Assembly: GCA_026387335.1 (NCBI GenBank)
Contig: JAPLLX010000005.1
Span: forward strand, 1-59,531
Source of the DNA: Candidatus Omnitrophota bacterium
Lineage (GTDB): Bacteria > Omnitrophota > Gorgyraeia > Gygaellales > Profunditerraquicolaceae
Length of the DNA: 59,531 nt
Reading direction: 5' to 3'
Positions 52,300-59,531 of the stretch are shown piece by piece; position 1 is the first letter of the stretch, and each line of letters starts with the position of its first letter. Under the pieces are notes generated by a model, which was not told the DNA's origin, did not search any database, and worked only from the letters and a program-made list of their open reading frames with translations. The position numbers and the translations under genes are program-made.

Positions 52300-53343
52300 T
52301 TATTTCTTATCTTTCAATTTAGTTTCGAAATCCTCGATCTTCTTCTTTAGCTCTTTTAGCAAATCAAACATCTTGGGAAGATTATGCACGTAGGCATGCG
52401 CTTTCTGATTTTCCAGAAACGGCCGGGCCGGATAACCTGAAAACATGGCACCAGCCGGAATAGATTTACTTACCCCTGATTGAGCCGTGACTATCGCTCC
52501 GTCTCCTACGGTAATATGGCCGACTAAACCGGCCTGACCTGCCAGAACCACGTTATTGCCGATTACCGTGCTGCCGGATATCCCGACTTGGGCTACGATA
52601 AGACAATTTTCTCCAATGACTACGTTATGGGCGATCTGGACCAGGTTATCTATCTTTGTTCCGCGGCCGATAACTGTTTTGTCAAAACGCGCTCGGTCTA
52701 TAGTAACATTAGCTCCGATCTCCACATCATCGCCGATCTCGACAGAGCCAACCTGCGGTATCTTATGATGTATGCCATCAACCGTGACAAAACCAAACCC
52801 ATCTGAACCTACGACTGTTCCGCTGTGAATGGTTACGCGGTTACCTATAATAACGCGTTCGCGCACGGAAACATTAGCATAAATCAACACCGAGCTGCCT
52901 ATTTTGCTTCCGTTACCGATAAAACAACCGGGGTAGATCACCGCATTATCGCCGATTTGCGCGCCGTCTTCCACAACAGTATAAGGGCCTATATTTACGT
53001 TTTTGCCTAGCCTTGCGCTCTTGGCTAATATGACGCTGGAGTGTATACCCTTAGGGTGTGTTAAATCTTCAGGAGCCATAAAAGAAATTACTTTAGCAAA
53101 AGCTAATGATGGGTTGGCCACGCGGATTACGCTTTTCGAGGCAGGGACCTGAGTATCCTTAGAGACTATAATTGCTGAAGCAACTGTAGACTTTAGCAGA
53201 GGAACGTATTTGGGATTAGAGAGAAAAGTAATATCTCCCGAGGCCGCTTCTTTTATTCCGGAAATTCCGGTAATTACGATATTAGCGTCCCCCGCAATTT
53301 CGCCCTCTATAGCTTGAGCAATTTCTTTTAGGGTTTTACGCAT
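52300..53343 (-). CDS. lpxD: UDP-3-O-acylglucosamine N-acyltransferase
   Basis: N-terminal uridine-binding domain, a long hexapeptide-repeat beta-helix, and the operon context. Confidence 0.9.
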   Translation of the reverse strand: MRKTLKEIAQAIEGEIAGDANIVITGISGIKEAASGDITFLSNPKYVPLLKSTVASAIIVSKDTQVPASKSVIRVANPSLAFAKVISFMAPEDLTHPKGIHSSVILAKSARLGKNVNIGPYTVVEDGAQIGDNAVIYPGCFIGNGSKIGSSVLIYANVSVRERVIIGNRVTIHSGTVVGSDGFGFVTVDGIHHKIPQVGSVEIGDDVEIGANVTIDRARFDKTVIGRGTKIDNLVQIAHNVVIGENCLIVAQVGISGSTVIGNNVVLAGQAGLVGHITVGDGAIVTAQSGVSKSIPAGAMFSGYPARPFLENQKAHAYVHNLPKMFDLLKELKKKIEDFETKLKDKK

Positions 53344-53355
53344 TATCAGTTTATT

Positions 53356-53859
53356 CTATTTTTTTTGATTCAGGAGCCCTATAACTTTATCCGTGATATC
53401 CATGGACTTAGTCTGATAAACCAATACCCGGTCATTAAAGACTAAGGTGTAGCCTTCTTTTTCCGCGTAGGACTTCACTGTTGTTTCTATGTCTTTGAGG
53501 ATATCCTTCATTTTATCTTCCTGCTCTTTGCGCAGGTCGGTTTCTTTCTGGGTAATAAAATCCTTTATCGCCTTAGCCTTATTCTCTAATTCGCTTTTCT
53601 TGGCATCTTTTTCTTTATCGCTTAAGAGGTTAAATTTATCCTTAAGGGAATTTAACTCTCCCAGCTTCTTATCTCTTTCGGTAGTATACTTGTTCTCTTT
53701 ATCGGTCAGATCTTTATCAAATTCCTTGGTTTTAGAATATTCGCTGAAAGCCCGGGCTAAGTTAATATAAGCTAACTTCACATCCGCGGCTTGCGCTACG
53801 GTGCTTAAGATAAAAGAACCTAACAACACTGAACATAAAATCACTAAAAACTTTTTCAT
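53356..53859 (-). CDS. skp: OmpH/Skp-family periplasmic chaperone
   Basis: Signal peptide plus a coiled-coil-rich 167-aa protein located between bamA and lpxD. Confidence 0.85.
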   Translation of the reverse strand: MKKFLVILCSVLLGSFILSTVAQAADVKLAYINLARAFSEYSKTKEFDKDLTDKENKYTTERDKKLGELNSLKDKFNLLSDKEKDAKKSELENKAKAIKDFITQKETDLRKEQEDKMKDILKDIETTVKSYAEKEGYTLVFNDRVLVYQTKSMDITDKVIGLLNQKK

Positions 53860-53883
53860 CTTCCTTCCTCCTCCGTTTTATTA

Positions 53884-53926
53884 GGGACAGCGACCATTTT
53901 TTAATTGAAAAAATGGTCGCTGTCCC
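53884..53926 (-). terminator. Perfect 19-bp hairpin between bamA and skp
   Basis: GGGACAGCGACCATTTTTT-AATTG-AAAAAATGGTCGCTGTCCC. It may act as a terminator or attenuator. There is no strong U-tract outside the stem. Confidence 0.45.
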
Positions 53927-53938
53927 TATTTAATATAA

Positions 53939-56320
53939 TTAGAATGTATTGCTTACGCTAAAGTGGAATCGGCCGTCGCCCTTGGTATCTTTACCGGAAG
54001 CCTTATCCATAGGTATACCGTAATCTAACATTATCGGGCCGATGGGAGTTTTAACGCGGAACCCTAAGCCAAAACTGGATTTAAACCCTCCGGAATTAAT
54101 CCCGCCAGTATCTTTGGATGAACCTATATCGCCTAATTTTTCCCAGACGTTTCCTACATCATAAAATGCCGCGACTTTTAAGAAACCGAATAACGGATAA
54201 ACATATTCCACGTTGCCGATCAACATGGACGCGCCGCCCAGAGGATTAGAAGAAGAATCAACCGGACCAACAGACCTTTCTTCATAACCCCTTATGGTAT
54301 AGGCGCCTCCGGCAAAAAACCTTTCATAAATAGGTATGTGGTCGGAATCTCCGTAAGGCGAAGCCAGGCCAACTCTTCCCCTGACTTCCAGTGACGCGTT
54401 ATGCGGCATCGGAAAATAATGGCTTGCCCGGCTAGAGAACTTCCAATAGTCCTTATCCCCTGATAATGGCCCGCCGGCCAACTCCATAGAACTGCTAAGA
54501 TAGTTTCCTTTGCGGGGCTCAAAAACACTATCCCGGTTATCAAAAGTAATACTGGGGGTTAAACTGCTTATGGTATTTGTGCCTCTTTCCTGCTCCAGTT
54601 CAGAATTGGTATCGTCTATATTGGAAATCTTAACATTATCCAGCCTGTAAATTAAATCCCCTCTTAAGTATTCGGATAATTCCTTACCTAAGCGCAAATC
54701 TCCTCCGGTAATATCTTCATCATAACCATAACCTAAATCCGTATCTCTCTTATGCGTGCGCCTATAGGCGTCAAAACCAAAAGATACCGGATAATCAAAG
54801 AGCCAGGGCTCGGTATAACTTAATTCAAATCCCGTGCTGACTGAGCCTATGGAAGCGCGCAGTTTCAGATTCTGCCCGCCGCCGGTAAAATAAGGCCAAT
54901 TCTTCCAGTCAAAATTCTTTTGCTCTATCTCTATAAAACCGACAAACTGATCAACCGTGCTATAACCGCCACCGAAACTAAATGCCCCTGTTTTAGATTC
55001 TTTGACGTCCACCACCAGGTCTTTTTGCTCAGGGACCTGCGTATCTTCGGTATCATAACTGACGTCTTCAAAAAACCCGAGGTTCTGTAATCTCTCTTTG
55101 CTGCGCCTTAATTTTTCTCCGTCAAACCTGTCTCCGGGATGAATACGCAACTCCCTGCGGATAACCAAGTCCTTAGTTTTAATGTTCCCGCGGATTTTTA
55201 TCTTATCTACATAAGTTATCTGGTTCTCGGTAATGTTATAAAGTATATCCACGCGGTGGGTCTCGGTATTTAAAGAGGTGGTATTCTCTATGCGCGCTGA
55301 GATATAACCCTGGTCAAAATAAAGCCCCTGTACGCTAGCCACATCCTGTTTCATCGCCTCATCGCTAAAAACGCTTCCCGGTACGCAATCCTTAAGCCTT
55401 TTTAAGATCTCTTTTTCGGCGATATCTTTATTCCCCTGCACCAGGACATTACCGACTAAATATTTGCTCCCTTCGGTTATCCTGATATAAACATACAATA
55501 AATAAGGCTTCTTGGCGTCAGGCTTGACTTCGTAATTAACCGCGACGTCAATAAAACCGTTTTTGTTATAGAACGCCTTTACCCGTTGAATATCCTCTTT
55601 TAACACATCATCCTTAAGGATGCCGGCGTTAAAAAGCCAACCTCTCTTGGTCTTCAGCAGTTTTAAAATCCTGTCCCGGCTAAATTCCTTATTGCCTTCG
55701 GTAATAATATCCTTTATATGGACCCTTCCGCCTTCCGTTACATTAAAATTCAACTTGACTTTATTGGTTTGCGGGTCTGTTTCCAGTTTATAATCAATAA
55801 CCGCGGTATTAAACCCTAACTTTTCGTACATCTTTTTTAATACGCCTACGTCTTCAGAGAGGGTCGGATAATCCAGATACTGGCCCTCTTTGGATTTTAA
55901 CTGCAGCTTCAGCTTCTCATCTTTCATAGTGATACGGTTGATCCCGGAAAAGCTGATTTTTTCAATTATGGGCCGCTCGGTTACACTGATGATAACCTTG
56001 ACCCCGTTTAAATAACTTTCGGCGTCTATTTTTATATCGCTGAAGAAATTCAAAAGATAGAGCCTTTTTAAGTCATCGCTTACCACATTCTCCTGATAAG
56101 GGCTGCCTATGCGGGTCTTCATCTTGGAAGCAATAGTATTGGTGCTTATGGCTTTATTGCCTTTGATCTCAATGGCGGTGACTAACTTAGAGGGTTGTTC
56201 TTTGGCTGCCTGGGTTTGAGAGGATTCTGCCTGAGGCGCGGGCGGATCAAGCGCGAATAGAAGGCTATAAAAACTAAACACAAAAAATGCCGCTAAAGTT
56301 ATAAATAATCTTTTACGCAT
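53939..56320 (-). CDS. bamA: Outer membrane protein assembly factor BamA
   Basis: Signal peptide, five POTRA-like modules, a C-terminal 16-strand barrel region ending ...FHFSVSNTF, and the conserved operon. Confidence 0.9.
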   Translation of the reverse strand: MRKRLFITLAAFFVFSFYSLLFALDPPAPQAESSQTQAAKEQPSKLVTAIEIKGNKAISTNTIASKMKTRIGSPYQENVVSDDLKRLYLLNFFSDIKIDAESYLNGVKVIISVTERPIIEKISFSGINRITMKDEKLKLQLKSKEGQYLDYPTLSEDVGVLKKMYEKLGFNTAVIDYKLETDPQTNKVKLNFNVTEGGRVHIKDIITEGNKEFSRDRILKLLKTKRGWLFNAGILKDDVLKEDIQRVKAFYNKNGFIDVAVNYEVKPDAKKPYLLYVYIRITEGSKYLVGNVLVQGNKDIAEKEILKRLKDCVPGSVFSDEAMKQDVASVQGLYFDQGYISARIENTTSLNTETHRVDILYNITENQITYVDKIKIRGNIKTKDLVIRRELRIHPGDRFDGEKLRRSKERLQNLGFFEDVSYDTEDTQVPEQKDLVVDVKESKTGAFSFGGGYSTVDQFVGFIEIEQKNFDWKNWPYFTGGGQNLKLRASIGSVSTGFELSYTEPWLFDYPVSFGFDAYRRTHKRDTDLGYGYDEDITGGDLRLGKELSEYLRGDLIYRLDNVKISNIDDTNSELEQERGTNTISSLTPSITFDNRDSVFEPRKGNYLSSSMELAGGPLSGDKDYWKFSSRASHYFPMPHNASLEVRGRVGLASPYGDSDHIPIYERFFAGGAYTIRGYEERSVGPVDSSSNPLGGASMLIGNVEYVYPLFGFLKVAAFYDVGNVWEKLGDIGSSKDTGGINSGGFKSSFGLGFRVKTPIGPIMLDYGIPMDKASGKDTKGDGRFHFSVSNTF

Positions 56321-56361
56321 TGGGTGTTATTATATAAGAATTATCGATTGAAAGCAACCAA

Positions 56362-57699
56362 TTATTCAATTCTGGCGATATTTTCAAAACGGGTATATTC
56401 CTTGATAAAAGCAAGCTTAAAAGATCCCACCGGGCCGTTTCTTTGCTTAGCGATGATCACTTCGGCTATACCCTGATTTTCAGAGGTCTGGGTATAATAT
56501 TCTTCTCTCAATAACAGCACGACTACATCCGCGTCCTGCTCAATAGCGCCGGATTCCCTTAAGTCCGAGAGCTGCGGCCGGTGGTCAGTGCGCGATTCTA
56601 CGGCGCGGGAGAGCTGGCTTATCGCGACTATCGGGATATGCAGTTCCCTGGCCAGGGCCTTAAGCGACCGGGAAATTTCGGATATCTCCTGCTGACGGCT
56701 TTCTATTCCGCTGGTTCCCCGCATCAACTGCATGTAATCAAGAATAATTAATTTTATATCCTGTTGAGCTTTAAGCCGGCGGGCCTTGGCCCGTAATTCC
56801 ATTACTGAAATAGCCGGGCTATCGTCTATAAAAATAGGCGCTTCCGATAGTTTTCCGGCCGCGGCAGTCAGGCGCGGCCAGTCAGAGGTAGCCAGATATC
56901 CTGTGCGCACTTTTTGCGCGTCAACTTTGGCGTGCGCGCAGAGCATCCTCTGGGCAAGTTGCTCTTTAGACATTTCCAGGCTAAAGATTGCCGTAGGTAT
57001 CTTCTCTACTATTCCGGCATGCTCAACCATACCCAAAGCCAGAGCGCTCTTGCCCATAGACGGCCTTCCGGCAATCACAATTAAATCGGAATTTTGCAGG
57101 CCGGCGGTCTTAATGTCAAAATCTATAAAACCTGTTGGTATTCCGGTAACATGCGCTTTTTTGCGGTACAAAACATCTATGGTTTCAATACTTTCCTTAA
57201 CAATCTCCTTAATATGAAGGTAGGAGCCCTGGGTTTTTCTTTCGCTTACTTCAAATATAAACCTCTCGGCGTTATCCACAACCTCGGCAACGTTGCCTTC
57301 GCTTTCATAACAAAGCGAAATTATTTTAGTAGAGTTATTTATCAACGTCCTTAAAATACTCTTTTCTTTGACTATTTGTACATAATGGCCGATATTAGCC
57401 GAAGTGGGGACAGAATTAGCTAAAGAGGTAAGATAGCTTACTCCGCCTATCGCATCCAGGCTGCCTTCTCTTTTTAGGGCATCGGTTAATGTAATCAGGT
57501 CAACCGCTTTATTGACGGCATAAAGGTCGGATATCGCCTGAAATATTTTCTGATGGGTATCTTTGTAGAAAAAGTTTTTATCCAGGATCTCAACGGCTGT
57601 GGCGATAGCTTCCTCATCCAGAAGCATTGAACCTAAAACCGCCATTTCAGCGTCTAAATTCTGCGGCGGGATCTTATCTAGCGGCGCAACGTTGGGCAT
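56362..57699 (-). CDS. dnaB: Replicative DNA helicase
   Basis: N-terminal PPQNLDAEMAVLGSML, Walker A GRPSMGKSA, Walker B LIILDYMQLM, ISQLSR, and KQRNGP. Confidence 0.95.
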   Translation of the reverse strand: MPNVAPLDKIPPQNLDAEMAVLGSMLLDEEAIATAVEILDKNFFYKDTHQKIFQAISDLYAVNKAVDLITLTDALKREGSLDAIGGVSYLTSLANSVPTSANIGHYVQIVKEKSILRTLINNSTKIISLCYESEGNVAEVVDNAERFIFEVSERKTQGSYLHIKEIVKESIETIDVLYRKKAHVTGIPTGFIDFDIKTAGLQNSDLIVIAGRPSMGKSALALGMVEHAGIVEKIPTAIFSLEMSKEQLAQRMLCAHAKVDAQKVRTGYLATSDWPRLTAAAGKLSEAPIFIDDSPAISVMELRAKARRLKAQQDIKLIILDYMQLMRGTSGIESRQQEISEISRSLKALARELHIPIVAISQLSRAVESRTDHRPQLSDLRESGAIEQDADVVVLLLREEYYTQTSENQGIAEVIIAKQRNGPVGSFKLAFIKEYTRFENIARIE

Positions 57700-57701
57700 A
57701 T

Positions 57702-58145
57702 TTATTTGTTAACAATCCAGGTTTTTAATATCGCCGAAATATCCGGATGCAGCTTGACGGGGATTTCATAAATCCCCAGGGCCTTTAGCGGTTCAGCCAG
57801 GATAATAAGGTTTTTATCCACCTCTAGGCCTTCATCTTTAAGGGCGTTAGAGATATCTAAAGCGGTTATGCTCCCGTATAAACTTTTTTCATCCTGAGCC
57901 ATAGCGGATATAGTTAAAGAGAGATTATCCAGGCGCTCTTTTAAGATTATCGCTTCCTGTTTTCTTTTTTCTGAGTCCTGGGCGATCTTCTGCTTTTCCT
58001 GCTCCAACCTCTTTAGGTTTCCGGGCGTAACTTCTACCGCTAACTTTTTAGGCAAAAGGAGATTACGGGCAAAGCCATCCTTCACCTTGACCACCGCTCC
58101 TGCCTTACCTATCTTATCTACATCCTTGGTTAATATTACTTCCAT
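57702..58145 (-). CDS. rplI: 50S ribosomal protein L9
   Basis: MEVILTKDVDKIGKAGAVVKVKDGFARNLLLP N-terminus and a 147-aa length. Confidence 0.9.
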   Translation of the reverse strand: MEVILTKDVDKIGKAGAVVKVKDGFARNLLLPKKLAVEVTPGNLKRLEQEKQKIAQDSEKRKQEAIILKERLDNLSLTISAMAQDEKSLYGSITALDISNALKDEGLEVDKNLIILAEPLKALGIYEIPVKLHPDISAILKTWIVNK

Positions 58146-58167
58146 GGCAAACCTCCTGCTGCAATAC

Positions 58168-58494
58168 CTAACGCGTATAAGGCATAAGTGAAATGAATCT
58201 GGCCTTGGTAATCGCCTCAGCGATAATCCTCTGATGCTTGGCGCAATTTCCGGAAAGACGGCTAGAGAGCATCTTACCTCTCTCGGTAATAAAGGCTTCT
58301 AATCTTTTGGTGTCTTTGTAGTCAACCGATTTCGCCTTATCCACACAGAGGCGGCAAAATCTTTTTCTTCCGATAGTATGTAACGAGCGTTTCTTATCCC
58401 CGAATTTACCCTTACCTTTGCCTTTGGCAAATGCTTTAGATTTAGTGCCGCCTACTTTTGTCTTAACTTTCATTTGCTTCGCCCTCGCTTTCAC
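58168..58494 (-). CDS. rpsR: 30S ribosomal protein S18 (basic N-terminal extension; start uncertain)
   Basis: Core segment KRFCRLCVDKAKSVDYKDTKRLEAFITERGKMLSSRLSGNCAKHQRIIAEAITKARFISLMPY. The ORF overlaps the ssb 3' end, so an internal ATG may be the real start. Confidence 0.8.
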   Translation of the reverse strand: MKARAKQMKVKTKVGGTKSKAFAKGKGKGKFGDKKRSLHTIGRKRFCRLCVDKAKSVDYKDTKRLEAFITERGKMLSSRLSGNCAKHQRIIAEAITKARFISLMPYTR

Positions 58495-58915
58495 CTAACC
58501 AGGCTGACTCGCTGGATTGTTCACTGGATATTTCTTCCATCGGCGGCTGCTCTACCGCTTGCGCCGGAGCCGGTGTTTTACCCGGGCCGCTTCCCATAAA
58601 CTGCACGCGCTCCGCCCTGACTTCAATAACGCTGCGTTTTGCTCCGGAATTATCTTCCCAGGAGCGCGACTGCAGCCTTCCTTCCACAAAAACGCTGCTT
58701 CCTTTATGTAAATATTGATTGCAGGTTTCCGCCTGCTTATTCCAGACTACCGCCGTAATAAAACAAACCTCTTCTTTTAATTCCTGATTTTTATCTTTGT
58801 ACCTGCGGTTAACCGCCATACGTAAATTCGCTACCGCCGCGCCTTGGGGAGTATAACGCAATTCCGGGTCCTTGGTCAGGTTGCCCATCAATAATACTTT
58901 ATTATAACTCGCCAT
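58463..58915 (-). CDS. ssb: Single-stranded DNA-binding protein
   Basis: OB-fold N-terminus NKVLLMGNLTKDPELRYTPQGAAVANLRMAVN and an acidic C-terminal tail. Confidence 0.9.
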   Translation of the reverse strand: MASYNKVLLMGNLTKDPELRYTPQGAAVANLRMAVNRRYKDKNQELKEEVCFITAVVWNKQAETCNQYLHKGSSVFVEGRLQSRSWEDNSGAKRSVIEVRAERVQFMGSGPGKTPAPAQAVEQPPMEEISSEQSSESAWLGESEGEANES

Positions 58916-58926
58916 ATGAATTCTCC

Positions 58927-59217
58927 TTAAATATCCATCCGGGTGAATAAAACCCTCAAAATACTTTCATTAAGCTTATAGGTGTTGCGGACTTCTTTAA
59001 TCGCCGAAGCCGGAGCACTAAAAGCTGCCAAATAATAAATCCCTTCCATGAATTTATTAATCGGAAAATATAATTTACGTCTTTCTGCCCAGACTCCCGA
59101 CTGTGTTATCTGGCCGCTATTCTTAATTATTGCGTCATCAATCTGCTTAAACAACGCTTTCTTATCTTCATCAGATAAATCAGGCTTAACAATTACCATC
59201 GCTTCATACTTATTCAT
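58927..59217 (-). CDS. rpsF: 30S ribosomal protein S6
   Basis: MNKYEAMVIVKPDLSDE..., the typical S6 N-terminus, plus the rpsF-ssb-rpsR-rplI gene order. Confidence 0.9.
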   Translation of the reverse strand: MNKYEAMVIVKPDLSDEDKKALFKQIDDAIIKNSGQITQSGVWAERRKLYFPINKFMEGIYYLAAFSAPASAIKEVRNTYKLNESILRVLFTRMDI

Positions 59218-59219
59218 CT

Positions 59220-59531
59220 TTACTCCTTCTGATTAAAAGTGTTCATCGTTTGTACAATACCCTTTTCTACCCAACTCATACAACAGCTAACCGCGTCTTC
59301 TTCTATCTGCTTAACAACTGCCTTTTCTTTACGTAAAAAACCCGCCAGGACATATTTCGCTGCATCTTGCGAATTTTTTGGCCGTCCGATTCCAATACGC
59401 AAACGGCAAAAATCCCGCGTCCCCAAGCGCTCAATGATCGACTCTAAACCACGCTGCCCGCCACTTGAGCCCTGCGGGCGAATCTTTATTTTACCTAGCT
59501 CTAAATCTAAATCATCACAAACTACTAAAAA
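59220..59531 (-). CDS. pth: Peptidyl-tRNA hydrolase (N-terminus lies beyond the window)
   Basis: My in-frame translation upstream of the track ORF gives FLVVCDDLDLELGKIKIRPQGSSGGQRGLESIIERLGTRDFCRLRIGIGRP, the Pth core. The track start at 59426 is an internal TTG. Confidence 0.85.
   Translation of the reverse strand, partial: FLVVCDDLDLELGKIKIRPQGSSGGQRGLESIIERLGTRDFCRLRIGIGRPKNSQDAAKYVLAGFLRKEKAVVKQIEEDAVSCCMSWVEKGIVQTMNTFNQKE

Noticed and set aside
1-59531. CRISPR arrays, rRNA genes, reverse transcriptase or retron-like elements, and group II introns
   Set aside because: I saw no regularly spaced short repeats with unique spacers, no rRNA-like sequence and no RT motifs in any ORF. The only tandem repeats lie within coding regions (ANK, TPR).

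Overview
This is about 59.5 kb of a low-GC diderm bacterial chromosome. The lineage cannot be determined from the sequence alone. Gene content (lpxI, an lpxC-fabZ fusion, archease-rtcB, RRM, PilZ and HD-GYP proteins) suggests an uncultivated lineage, but that is a guess. Almost all genes lie on the minus strand.

The housekeeping backbone contains:
- isoprenoid and quinone genes (NDH-2, a UbiA/MenA-like prenyltransferase, a polyprenyl synthase, ispH)
- an ABC-F ATPase, recR, dnaX
- tadA, placed directly after its substrate tRNA-Arg(ACG)
- a CpaF-like ATPase
- archease, rtcB, serS and three tRNA-Ser genes
- a GldA/F/G-like ABC transporter together with DUF4340, HD-GYP and PilZ proteins
- the envelope block bamA, skp, lpxD, lpxC/fabZ, lpxA, lpxI
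- dnaB, rplI, rpsR, ssb, rpsF, pth

I read eight tRNA genes directly from the sequence: Asn-GTT, Ser-GCT, Arg-ACG, Ser-GGA, Ser-CGA, Ser-TGA, Lys-CTT and Arg-TCG.

Two regions that look AT-rich by eye interrupt the backbone, and both sit at tRNA genes.

(1) Roughly 9.9-17.65 kb, next to tRNA-Asn. It carries a large serine recombinase whose ORF reads antisense into the tRNA, a tyrosine recombinase reduced to its catalytic domain, a RelE/ParE-like toxin pair, and several orphan genes.

(2) 33.28-40.73 kb, bounded by a 38-bp direct repeat (37/38 identical) that copies the 5' half of tRNA-Lys(CTT). It has no intact integrase. Its cargo is the most interesting part of the window:
- a 1035-aa fusion of a caspase (peptidase C14) domain to a Ski2/Hel308-like SF2 helicase
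- a lipase-like alpha/beta hydrolase
- a second small protein with a caspase-like His/Cys pattern
- two small, possibly paralogous proteins
- an XRE regulator and a SAM methyltransferase

I do not recognise this combination as any named defence system. I flag it as a candidate new defence or abortive-infection module.

I found no CRISPR array, rRNA gene or reverse transcriptase.
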